NCBI GenBank assembly: GCA_963809375.1
Contig: CAWEJO010000007.1
Location: 108,048 to 172,047, forward strand
Source: an uncultured Chloroflexia bacterium
GTDB lineage: Bacteria; Chloroflexota; Limnocylindria; Limnocylindrales; CSP1-4
Length of the DNA: 64,000 nucleotides
Reading direction: 5' to 3'
Shown piece after piece: positions 18,619-27,974 of the stretch (its first letter is position 1; each line of letters starts with the position of its first letter). Under the pieces are notes generated by a model, which did not search any database, had not been told where the DNA came from, and saw nothing but the letters and a program-made list of their open reading frames with translations. The position numbers and the translations under genes are program-made.

Positions 18619-19320
18619 ATGACCGAACCGGATCTCGCAGCCCGCGCGATCGGCGAGGCGCCCGCCGCGTTCGCCACACCGGGCAACGGCGAAGCGCCCG
18701 CCGACGCCACCGCCTCCCGCCGCCCCGCCGCGCGGCGCTCACCGGCGCGCCACCGGAAGGTGCCGGGCACCGACAACCGGGTCACCACGGCGCGGCTGGA
18801 GGCGATGGCGGACGACGTCCTGCTCGCCCCGGTCGCAGCCGCGGTCCGCCGACTGCCGAACCCGCGCGAGCTCTCGCAGCGGGTGGCGTTCGGGAAGGCG
18901 CTCTGGCGCGAGCTCGTGATCGGGTTCGCTGCCCAGCTCGGCGAGCTGCGCCTGGGCTTCACGCAGCTGGCCGCCCTCTACACGATCGCCGACGGCGGCA
19001 CGACGACGATCGCCGACCTCGCGGACGCGCTCAATCGCTCCCCGTCGGCGACCTCGCGGCTCGTCGACGGGCTCGTGCGGCGGCGCCTGATGGAGCGCCG
19101 CGAGGAGCCCGACGATCGACGCATGCGGTCGGTCTGGCTGACCGAGCGTGGGCGCGCGCTCGTCGCTCTCGTCGATCGCTCCCGGGCGAGCCAGTTCCTG
19201 GCGGTCGTGCGACCGCTGCCATCGTCCGAGCGCGCGGTTGTCGCCATGGGTGTGGCCGCCCTGGCGACGCGCGCCGTCTCGCGCCGGGGCCGCCTCATCA
19301 AGCAGCGGCCGGAGCGATAG
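18619..19320 (+). CDS. MarR-family transcriptional regulator
   Basis: Winged-HTH segment LAALYTIADGGTTTIADLADALNRSPSATSRLVDGLVRRRLMERREEPDDRRMRSVWLTERG. The start is uncertain (ATG at 18619, or ATG at 18805 giving 171 aa). Divergent from fabD. Confidence 0.8.
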   Translation: MTEPDLAARAIGEAPAAFATPGNGEAPADATASRRPAARRSPARHRKVPGTDNRVTTARLEAMADDVLLAPVAAAVRRLPNPRELSQRVAFGKALWRELVIGFAAQLGELRLGFTQLAALYTIADGGTTTIADLADALNRSPSATSRLVDGLVRRRLMERREEPDDRRMRSVWLTERGRALVALVDRSRASQFLAVVRPLPSSERAVVAMGVAALATRAVSRRGRLIKQRPER

Positions 19321-19428
19321 GCGCCGGGACGATCCGCCCGGTCCAGCGGGCCCAACCGCGACGACGGCCCGGAGTCCGCCGACCGGGGCGGGCGACCCGC
19401 CCTGTGCGCTTCCGCAGAACGGCGTGCG

Positions 19429-20874
19429 CTACCCGCAGAACGTCCGGACCACGTCGTACAGGACCGGCAGCCCGAACCGCAGCGCCTCTACCGGGACCCG
19501 CTCGTCGTCGCCGTGGAAGAGCTCCAGGAACGAGTCATCGGGGCCCAGGCGAAGGGGCGAGAAGCCGTAGGTCGGGATGCCAAGGCGAGCCGTGTGCTTG
19601 GCGTCCGTCGCGAACGGCGCCATGACGGGCAGCGGCATGGCCTCGGGATCCGCGGCGCGAAGGGCGGCGGTCATCACGTCCCACAGCGGCCCTGCCGCGG
19701 GCGCCTCCACGGGCGCGCCCCAGAGCCGCAGCGTCGGCTCCACGAACGGCGCGAGGTCGTCGCCCAGGCGGCCGCGCAGCTCCGTCGCGGCGGCATCGGG
19801 CGTCGTCCCCGGCAGGACGCGGACGTCGACCGTCATCGCGGCCGCCCCGGGAATCACGTTGTGACGAGTCCCGACGTGGAGGACGTTGGGCGAGAAGGTC
19901 GTCCGCAGGAGCGCCCGCGCCGCCCGCCGGTACGCCTCGGTGCAGAAGGCCGCCAGGGCCGCTTCGGCTGTGCGCGGATCCTCGTCCGCCAGGCGGGCGA
20001 GCCAGCCGGCCTGGGCGGCCGGCAGGGCGGCTGCCGCGCCCTCGAAGAAGGCCCGCATGACGTCCGTCGCCCGGGCGGGTCCGGGGACGGCAAGACGGCG
20101 GGCGGCCTCGCCGGCCCGCAGGAGCGCCGAGGCTTCGGCGGGTCCCTCCAGTGACAGGCCGTCGCCGGGCATCGATCCGTGGCTCCAGCGGCCCCGGACG
20201 GCGAGGTCGTAGATCGCGAAGCCGCGCTCGGCGACCTGGATCGGGTAGAGGCGGCTGCCGGCCACCGTGATCGAGACGCCACCACACTCGTTCAGCGCGC
20301 CCGCCGCAGCCAGCAGCCCGGGGTGGTGATCGACGAGCCACCCGGCACCCTCGATGCCGCCGGCCTCCTCGTCAGCGGTCGCGGCGAAGATGACGTCGCG
20401 CGCGAGCCCCGGGATCGGGTCGGTCGCCGGATCGCGGCCGGCTGCGCGGGCCTCCGCGGCGAGGAGGCGCATGACCGCGACCTCCAGCGCGACCATCCCC
20501 TTCATGTCCAGCGCGCCGCGACCCCAGATGTGGCCGTCGACCAGATCACCGCCGAACGGGTCGTGCGTCCAGCCCTCGGGCGGGGCGGGCACCACGTCGG
20601 TGTGGGACAGCAGCAGGAGCGGCGCACCGCCGGTGCCGTCGCCACGGAGCCGGGCGACGAGCGAACCGCGGCCCGGGAACGGCTCGAACACCTGGCTCGG
20701 GATGCCGGCGTCGGCGAGGACCGCGGCGAGGTGGCGCGCGGCGAGGATCTCGTCACCGGGCGGGTTGACCGTCCGGAGGCGGATCAGCGCCTGAAGCTCC
20801 TCGACGAGCTCGTCGTGCGCACGGTCGAGCGCCCCCGCTTCGATGGTCGCGGACGGACGGACGGTGGCCGTCAT
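19429..20874 (-). CDS. M20-family metallopeptidase (ArgE/DapE/CPG2-like)
   Basis: LLLLSHTDVVPA ... GHIWGRGALDMKG ... ADEEAGG motifs typical of M20 dipeptidases/deacylases. Confidence 0.85.
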   Translation of the reverse strand: MTATVRPSATIEAGALDRAHDELVEELQALIRLRTVNPPGDEILAARHLAAVLADAGIPSQVFEPFPGRGSLVARLRGDGTGGAPLLLLSHTDVVPAPPEGWTHDPFGGDLVDGHIWGRGALDMKGMVALEVAVMRLLAAEARAAGRDPATDPIPGLARDVIFAATADEEAGGIEGAGWLVDHHPGLLAAAGALNECGGVSITVAGSRLYPIQVAERGFAIYDLAVRGRWSHGSMPGDGLSLEGPAEASALLRAGEAARRLAVPGPARATDVMRAFFEGAAAALPAAQAGWLARLADEDPRTAEAALAAFCTEAYRRAARALLRTTFSPNVLHVGTRHNVIPGAAAMTVDVRVLPGTTPDAAATELRGRLGDDLAPFVEPTLRLWGAPVEAPAAGPLWDVMTAALRAADPEAMPLPVMAPFATDAKHTARLGIPTYGFSPLRLGPDDSFLELFHGDDERVPVEALRFGLPVLYDVVRTFCG

Positions 20875-21287
20875 CCGCCGCCGCTGCCCCTGGCGACGAT
20901 CTCGCCGACGAAGGCGATCACGGTGAGGATCGTCGGCACCGCGACCAGGAGCGCCACCATGAGGAACAGCAGCCGGAGCATGCGCCTCTCGTCGGCGCGT
21001 CGGCCGGCGTCGGCGTCGTCGACGCCGCCCGGCGCGAACCAGGCGTCGAGCCCACGCGGCCGGTCGGGGGCGGCGAAGACGGGTGGCTCCCCGGCGGGCG
21101 GGCCGGCCTCGGGATCGACACCGGACGCCGCGTTCGCCGGCTCCGGCCGGACGCGTCCTCCTTCGGCCGGGCCCAATTGGGCGGTTTCCGCCGCCGTCGT
21201 GGCCGGTCGGGCCCCGCCGGGAGCGTTCCCGCCATCGTCGGCGCGGGCCGTCGCGTTCGGCTTCGACTCGTCGATCATCGACGCCAT
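20871..21287 (-). CDS. Hypothetical protein with a C-terminal TM anchor
   Basis: 138-aa ORF. Its stop overlaps the M20 start (ATGA). The N-terminus is low-complexity and is followed by one hydrophobic helix, LLFLMVALLVAVPTILTVIAFV. Confidence 0.4.
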   Translation of the reverse strand: MASMIDESKPNATARADDGGNAPGGARPATTAAETAQLGPAEGGRVRPEPANAASGVDPEAGPPAGEPPVFAAPDRPRGLDAWFAPGGVDDADAGRRADERRMLRLLFLMVALLVAVPTILTVIAFVGEIVARGSGGG

Positions 21288-21396
21288 GATGCCGCGCCCG
21301 CCGGCGGGCCGCTCGGCGGTCCCTTGGGCTCCCGCAGATGCGAGCCGCCCGCGCGGACCGCCGGCCGGGTGCCGCCCGGCGATCGGCGGCCGGGCC

Positions 21397-23136
21397 TCAG
21401 CCGCGCGCGTCGAGCGCCTGCCGCATGCGCCCGCCGGTCGTGACCGCCCCTTCGGAGGCGGACGACACGAGCGCGGCGTACTTGGCCATGACGCCGCCCC
21501 CGTAGCGTGGCGCGGGCGGGGTCCAGGCCGCCCGGCGGGCCGCGAGCACGTCCGGCGCGACGTTCAGGTCGAGCGCCTTGCGATCGACGTCGATCTCGAT
21601 CTCGTCGCCGTCGGCCACGAACGCGATCGGGCCGCCGAGGGCGGCCTCCGGGGCGACGTGACCGATCATCAGGCCGTGGGTGCCGCCCGAGAACCGGCCG
21701 TCGGTCAGGAGCGCGACATGCTCGCCCAGGCCCTCGCCGACGAGCGCGGCAGTGACCGACAGCATCTCCTGCATGCCCGGACCGCCGACCGGGCCCTCGT
21801 AGCGGATCACGATGACGTCGCCCGGCTGGATGGTCCCCTCCTTCACCGCCGCGAAGCAGGCGTTCTCGCTGTCGAACACCCGGGCGGGCCCCGTGTGCGC
21901 CCGCCGCTCGTGGCCGGCGAGCTTGATCACGCAGCCGTCGGGCGCGAGCGTGCCGTGGAGGATCGTCAGGCCGCCCGAGGCCTTCAGCGGGCGCTCGATC
22001 GGCAGGATCACGTCCTGCCCGGGCGTCTCGACGGCGGCCGCCGCGACCTCCCGCAGGGTGCGGCCATCCACGTTCGGGGCGTCGCCGTGGAGGAGGTTGC
22101 GCTTGAGCAGCTCGCGCATGACGAGGCTCACCCCGCCGGCGTCGTAGAGCTCGCTCGCCGAGTAACGTCCGCCGGGCTTGAGGTCGGCGACGATCGGGGT
22201 CCGGTCCGCGATCGTCGAGAACTCGTCGATCTCGAGCGCCAGGCCGGCCTCGCGCGCGATCGCCAGGAGGTGCAGCACGCCGTTCGTCGAGCCCCCCGTC
22301 GCGGCGACGGCCGCGATCGCGTTCTCGAGCGCCCGCTTGTCGACGAAGGCCCCGGGCCGCAGGTCGCGCCGGACGAGATCCATCACGAGCTCCCCGCAGC
22401 GTCGCGCGGCGGCGTCCTTCGCCGGATCCTCGGCCGGAATGCCGTTGAGCCCGGCCGGGGAGAGCCCCAGGAACTCGAGGACCATCGACATCGTGTTCGC
22501 CGTGTACTGGCCGCCGCAGGCGCCCGCGCCGGGGCAGGCGACGTTCTCGATCTCGTACAGCTCGTCGAGCGTCATCCTGCCGGCGCGGTAGGCCCCGATG
22601 GCCTCGTAGACGGACACCACGTCCACGGTCCGGCCCTTGTACATGCCCGGGTAGATCGTGCCGTTGTAGAGGACGAGCCCGGGGATGTCGAGGCGCAGCA
22701 GCGCCATCGCGGCACCCGGCATCGTCTTGTCGCAGCCGACCAGCGCCACCAGGCCGTCGAACAGGTGGCCGCGGGCGACGAGCTCGATCGAGTCGGCGAT
22801 CACCTCGCGGCTGACGAGCGACGCCTTCATGCCCTCGGTGCCCATCGTCACGCCGTCGCTGATCGAGATCGTCCCGAACTCCATCGGCGTCCCGCCGGCC
22901 GCCCGGATGCCCTCCTTGACGAACTCGGCGAGCCGGCGCTGGTTGTAGTTGCACGGCATCGTCTCGATCCAGGTCGTGGCCACCCCGACGATCGGCTTGG
23001 CGAGGTCGTCGTCGGTGAAGCCGATCGCCTTGAGCATGGCGCGCGCCCCGGCCCGATCGGGGCCGTCGGTGAGCGCCGCGCTGTGGCGCTTGGCCGGGTC
23101 GGTCGGCTGGCCGTAGGGGAGCGGGCGGTCGGTCAT
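21397..23136 (-). CDS. ilvD: Dihydroxy-acid dehydratase
   Basis: 579 aa with GARAMLKAIGFTDDDLAKPIVGVATTWIETMPCN, CDKTMPG and SDGRFSGGTHG motifs. Confidence 0.95.
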   Translation of the reverse strand: MTDRPLPYGQPTDPAKRHSAALTDGPDRAGARAMLKAIGFTDDDLAKPIVGVATTWIETMPCNYNQRRLAEFVKEGIRAAGGTPMEFGTISISDGVTMGTEGMKASLVSREVIADSIELVARGHLFDGLVALVGCDKTMPGAAMALLRLDIPGLVLYNGTIYPGMYKGRTVDVVSVYEAIGAYRAGRMTLDELYEIENVACPGAGACGGQYTANTMSMVLEFLGLSPAGLNGIPAEDPAKDAAARRCGELVMDLVRRDLRPGAFVDKRALENAIAAVAATGGSTNGVLHLLAIAREAGLALEIDEFSTIADRTPIVADLKPGGRYSASELYDAGGVSLVMRELLKRNLLHGDAPNVDGRTLREVAAAAVETPGQDVILPIERPLKASGGLTILHGTLAPDGCVIKLAGHERRAHTGPARVFDSENACFAAVKEGTIQPGDVIVIRYEGPVGGPGMQEMLSVTAALVGEGLGEHVALLTDGRFSGGTHGLMIGHVAPEAALGGPIAFVADGDEIEIDVDRKALDLNVAPDVLAARRAAWTPPAPRYGGGVMAKYAALVSSASEGAVTTGGRMRQALDARG

Positions 23137-23302
23137 GCGCAGGGTCCTCGCGGGCGAAGGGCGATCGGGATGGCGCGAAGTGTAGGCCGCCGGCAGGGCG
23201 GCCGGCTCGGACGGCCCGGGACACGGCCCCGGAGGGCGGATGCTGCGGGCGCCAGGACCCGCGCCTCGCGCCAGCCGGACGCAGCCGCCGTGGTCGTCTG
23301 CG

Positions 23303-24532
23303 TCAGTGGACGCAGCCGCCCAGATCGGCTGCCTTGAGCCTGCCGATGCCCGGAATGGCGTCCTGCAGGACGACCACCGGGTCCAGCGCGTACCCGACGT
23401 TCGGATCCGACCGGGACTCCGCGAAGATCACGCCGCCGATCGTGCCGTCGGCCAGGACGAGCGGGCCGCCGCTGTCGCCCGGCTCGACCGCCGCCCGCAG
23501 CTCCAGGACATCCCGGACGACGACCTTGTCGTCGTAGATGTCGCGGCCGCGTGCCCGAAGGGAGGCGGTGACGCCCGCCGGCACGATCGCCAGCGGCGCG
23601 GCATTCGGGTGGCCGAGGGCGGCTCCGGTCGCACCCCGCTCGGGCGACGACTTCGCGAACGTCAGGGCCGGCAGGCTGAGGCCGGGCGTGCGGAGCACCG
23701 CGATGTCGAGCTCCGGGTCGAAGAGCGTCACGATCCCGTCGGCCTCGGTGCCGGACTCGTCGGCCGCCACGCGGACGTCGGTCGCGCCGGCGACGACGTG
23801 GGCGTTGGTGAGGAAGTAGCCCGGCGCGATCGCGAACCCGGTGCCCGTGAACCGCCGGCCGCAGGCCGACGAGTCGATCCGCACGGTGCTGCGGCGGGCC
23901 GCGGCGGCGATCTGACGCGCCTCTGCCAGGTCCGGCGTCTCGACCGGCGCTGCAGGCGCGGGCTCGAGCCCGCTGAACGCCCGGGGAAGCCCCGACGCGT
24001 CGATGATGACCGACAGGTCGCCCACGACTTCCTGAGGCGCCGGGAGGATCGCCATCAGGCCGCGGACTGCCATGGACCGCTGGGCTTCGCGCGCGAGCTG
24101 CGGCAGCGGCCCCGTCGCCATGAGCCCACCGACGAGCCAGGCCAGCAACAGTGCCTGGCCGATGCCGAACAGCGCCCCGATCGCCGAATCGAAGGCCCCG
24201 GCGAGGCCCCGCCCGAGCCGCTGGCGAAGCAGGATCCCGCCGCTCGAACCGATGGCCTCCGCCATCGCGACCACGAAGAACGCCGCGCCGACCGCGATGA
24301 GCGCACGGACGAACGGGTCGAGGTCGCCCAGGGTTCCGACCAGGAGCGGTGCGCCGACCACCACGACGACGATCCCGGCAGCCGCCCCGATGAGGCCGAG
24401 GATCTGGGGGAGCGCGCCCGACCGCCAGCCGAGGATGCCGAACACGAGGGCGGCGACGAGCGTGGTCGCGTCGACGAGGTTGACCGGGATGCTCACGGGC
24501 CGATTGTGGGCCGCTGCGCGGGTTCGCGTCAT
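23303..24532 (-). CDS. CvpA-domain membrane protein fused to a trypsin-like serine protease (MarP-like)
   Basis: Four N-terminal TM helices, then a chymotrypsin-fold triad context: TNAHVVAG (His), an Asp region and GDSGGPLV (Ser). This is the architecture I recall for mycobacterial MarP (Rv3671c). Confidence 0.8.
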   Translation of the reverse strand: MTRTRAAAHNRPVSIPVNLVDATTLVAALVFGILGWRSGALPQILGLIGAAAGIVVVVVGAPLLVGTLGDLDPFVRALIAVGAAFFVVAMAEAIGSSGGILLRQRLGRGLAGAFDSAIGALFGIGQALLLAWLVGGLMATGPLPQLAREAQRSMAVRGLMAILPAPQEVVGDLSVIIDASGLPRAFSGLEPAPAAPVETPDLAEARQIAAAARRSTVRIDSSACGRRFTGTGFAIAPGYFLTNAHVVAGATDVRVAADESGTEADGIVTLFDPELDIAVLRTPGLSLPALTFAKSSPERGATGAALGHPNAAPLAIVPAGVTASLRARGRDIYDDKVVVRDVLELRAAVEPGDSGGPLVLADGTIGGVIFAESRSDPNVGYALDPVVVLQDAIPGIGRLKAADLGGCVH

Positions 24533-24812
24533 GCCTCGATCGTCGGGTGGCGCCGGGCGATCGAGCCTCGCCGAAGTGGGCTCGCGCCGAGGCCTCGGTG
24601 GCGTGACCCCTATCGTCGGGCTCGAAGGCGGCCTGGACCGTGCTGCTGTCGGTCATCGCGCACGGGCTCAGCGTGGGGCCGCTGGCCGCGCGGTACGGCC
24701 GGCGCACGACGGAGCTGCCGTCGGACGCGCCCGAGATCGAACCGGGACCCGCGCGCGTCCACTGGGCCGGCGAGGGGCCGACAGGGCCGCTGGCGCAGCA
24801 GCTTGCGTTGCG

Positions 24813-27170
24813 TCACTCCCTCGCGAGCATGGCGACGGCTTCGCGCTCGAGGTCGACGTACGGCTCGCCGCTGACGTCGACCGCCACCCGGTGGATCGTC
24901 CCGCCGGTGAACCTGTGTGGCGCCACGCCGGCGTAGTCGTCGGTGACGGCCTCTCCGCCGTCGCGGCCGACCGCCAGGCCCTCCCCCGCGAGCGAGAACA
25001 TGCCCGGCTGCGTCTTGATCCGGCCCTCGCCGACCTTCCGATCGCCGTGGTACAGCGAGAGGATGCCGGTGGACACGTGCGGCGGATCCTCGCCGTCCTT
25101 CTCGAACGAGGCCGAGAGGATCAGGTTCGTACCCGTGGGAACGTCCTCGGTCGCGTCGATCTTCTGCTCGAACATCCCGACGAAGTTGTTGACGTAGTGG
25201 AGGCGGTTGTCCCTGACGTACAGGCTGTGGCCGCCGAAGCGCGCGCCCTGCGAGAACAGGACGCCCTGGGCGCCCGCTGCGGGGATGTCGACCAGGGCCC
25301 CGATGCTGAACGACCGGTTGCGAAGGTTGACGGCCTGCGCCTCGGGGACCTCCGCGAGGTCCGGATAGTAGACGTAGCGGCTGCGCGGTGCCGTCAGCTG
25401 CGGCCGCGGCGTCACGATGATCTCGAGCGCCGACCGGTCGTCGAGCGGGAACGCCCCATTCCGGCCGGCCTCGGCATACCAGAGGTTGACCAGTTCGCGC
25501 AGCTTATCCGGCTGATCGGCGGCCAGGTCGTGGAGCTCCGACCGGTCGGTCTCGACGTGGTACAGCTCCCACGTGTCGTCGTTGAAATGGCCCCAGCCGG
25601 CGATCGTGGGGTGCGTGGTGACGGCCTTCCACCCCTGGTGCCAGATGCCACGCGACCCGAGCATCGAGAAGAACTGGGTCTGCCGCGCGGACGGCGCTGC
25701 GGGGTCGTCGAAGCTGTAGCGCATGCTCACGCCGTCGAACGGGACCTGCACATGTCCCTTGATCCGGGTCGGCATCTCGACGCCCAGGACGTCGAGGACG
25801 GTCGGCACGAGGTCGATCGCGTGGTGGTACTGCGTCCGGATCTGGCCGGCGGCGGCCTTGTTGCCGGGCCAGCTGATGACGCACGGGTCTGATGTCCCGC
25901 CGTTGAACTCGTAGCGCTTCCACATCTTGAATGGCGTGTTGAAGGCCATGGCCCAGCCGTTCGGGTAGTGGTTGTAGGTCTTCGTCCCGCCGAGCTCGTC
26001 GAGCATCGCCAGGTTGGCCTCGAGGTTGTCCGGGATCCCGTTGAAGAACAGGTTCTCGTTGACCGACCCGTCCGGGCCACCCTCCCCCGAGGCGCCGTTG
26101 TCCGAGACGACGATGACCAGCGTGTTCTCGCGCTCTCCCGTCTCCTCGAGGAAGTCGAGCAGGCGGCCGAGCTGGTGGTCGGCGTGGGACAGGAACCCGG
26201 CGTAGACCTCGGCCATCCGGGCGAACAGCCGCTTCTCGTCGTCCGAGAGCGTCTCCCAGGGCTTGGTGTACTCGACTGCCGGGAATTGCTTTCCATCGGG
26301 GCCGTGGCGCGTCTCGGCGGTGCCGATCGGGTTGATCTGCGGCAGCTCGGTGTCCGCCGGGACGATGCCAAGCTCCTTCTGGCGCACGAGGGTCTGCTCG
26401 CGCATGGCCTCGTAGCCCATGTCGAACCGACCCTTGTACTTCTCGATCCACTCCTTGGGCGCGTGGTGGGGGGCGTGGGCCGCGCCGGGTGCGTAGTAGA
26501 GGAAGAACGGCTTCTCGGGCGCGATGACCTTGGCGTCCTTGATGAACTCGATCGCCTTGTCCGTGATGTCCGCGGAGAGGTGGTAGCCCTCCGCGGGCGT
26601 CGCCGGTGCGTCGACCGGGTGGTTGTCGTAGACCAGGTCGGGATACCACTGGTTGGTCTCCGCACCCAGGAACCCGTACCAGCGCTCGAAGCCGCGGCCG
26701 GTCGGCCAGTTCCGGCGCGTCGCTGCGACGTTCATCTCGGCGGTCGGGCAGAGGTGCCACTTGCCGACCATGTACGTGTTCCAGCCACGTTCGGCGAGGA
26801 TCTCGGACAGCATCCCGTTCTCGGGCGGGATGACGCCGCTCGCGTTCGGGAAGCCGCTGGAGCCCTCGGTGATGCAGGCCATGCTGTTGCGGGTGTGATT
26901 CCGCCCGGTCAGGAGGCAGGACCTCGTCGGCGAGCACAACGCGGTGGTGTGCCACTGGGTGTACCGGAGGCCGTCGGCCGCGAGCCGGTCGATGTTCGGC
27001 GTCTCGATCGGGCCGCCGTAGCAGCCCATCGCGGAGAAGCCCACGTCGTCGAGCACGACGTACACGACATTCGGCGCGCCATCAGGCGCCGTCGGGGCGC
27101 CGAATGGCGACCAGTCGGGGACCGAGTCGCGGATGTCGACGTTGATCGTGCCCTTGAACTGCGTGCTCAT
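24813..27170 (-). CDS. Cys-type (formylglycine-dependent) arylsulfatase, large AtsA-like form
   Basis: 785 aa with N-terminal VVYVVLDDVGFS and sulfatase signature CSPTRSCLLTGRNH. GGGAG lies 7 nt upstream of the ATG at 27170. Confidence 0.9.
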   Translation of the reverse strand: MSTQFKGTINVDIRDSVPDWSPFGAPTAPDGAPNVVYVVLDDVGFSAMGCYGGPIETPNIDRLAADGLRYTQWHTTALCSPTRSCLLTGRNHTRNSMACITEGSSGFPNASGVIPPENGMLSEILAERGWNTYMVGKWHLCPTAEMNVAATRRNWPTGRGFERWYGFLGAETNQWYPDLVYDNHPVDAPATPAEGYHLSADITDKAIEFIKDAKVIAPEKPFFLYYAPGAAHAPHHAPKEWIEKYKGRFDMGYEAMREQTLVRQKELGIVPADTELPQINPIGTAETRHGPDGKQFPAVEYTKPWETLSDDEKRLFARMAEVYAGFLSHADHQLGRLLDFLEETGERENTLVIVVSDNGASGEGGPDGSVNENLFFNGIPDNLEANLAMLDELGGTKTYNHYPNGWAMAFNTPFKMWKRYEFNGGTSDPCVISWPGNKAAAGQIRTQYHHAIDLVPTVLDVLGVEMPTRIKGHVQVPFDGVSMRYSFDDPAAPSARQTQFFSMLGSRGIWHQGWKAVTTHPTIAGWGHFNDDTWELYHVETDRSELHDLAADQPDKLRELVNLWYAEAGRNGAFPLDDRSALEIIVTPRPQLTAPRSRYVYYPDLAEVPEAQAVNLRNRSFSIGALVDIPAAGAQGVLFSQGARFGGHSLYVRDNRLHYVNNFVGMFEQKIDATEDVPTGTNLILSASFEKDGEDPPHVSTGILSLYHGDRKVGEGRIKTQPGMFSLAGEGLAVGRDGGEAVTDDYAGVAPHRFTGGTIHRVAVDVSGEPYVDLEREAVAMLARE

Positions 27171-27974
27171 CCCATCACTCCCGTGTCGGGGTCAGCTGCC
27201 CCTCATCGCGCCACATTCGACGCCTCGTCTGGCTTGTCAGAACGACCGATCAGCTCCTCCGGTTTGGACCCCGACCTGCGGCGAGCCCAGGAGGAGAGAA
27301 GGCTTGCTCTGCCGTCCCCGGTGGGCGAGGCGACGAGGGTCTGCGGCTGCGTCGTGGCCGTCGAGCCGCTCCAACAGGTGGTCGCTCCCGATGTCCTCGG
27401 GCGTACCACCGGCAGGTTGAGCTTGCTGCCCGGCACGAGCGGCATGACGCGAGGGATGTCGACGGTGCCGGGGTGCGGTGTCATGGCTCTCGGGCAGTGT
27501 ACGGGGCCACGGTCGACGCGTCGTTGACTGTGCTTGGACCCTCGCGCCGGTTGCTCTGCCGGGCAGCCATCCGGCGGGCGTGGTGACATCAGGCGGGCCC
27601 CGAGCAACTTCGGACGACCTGTGCCCCATCGTCCGATGACGGGCGAGACGAACACGCGCGAGACCTGCTGGGCGGACGGCTGGACAGCCTGGCCGCCTCA
27701 GTACTCGTCGTCGAGTACGACGCCCAGGGCCCGAATGCGGCGAGATACGTCGCGCAGGTCTCATCAGCTGACGTCCGCACACGCTGCGCAGAGTCCGCGG
27801 TCGCACCTGCAATCGTGTCGCTGGTGCGGAGCGACGCCCGGCCGCTCTGCCCTTTGTCCGCCGTTACTCCGGTCGCATCCACGATGAGGGGCGGGCACCG
27901 GCATGGACCTCCGACCGTCATGCTAGGCAGACGAGCGACCCGAACGCCGCCGGCAACCGGAGTACCCTGACTCG

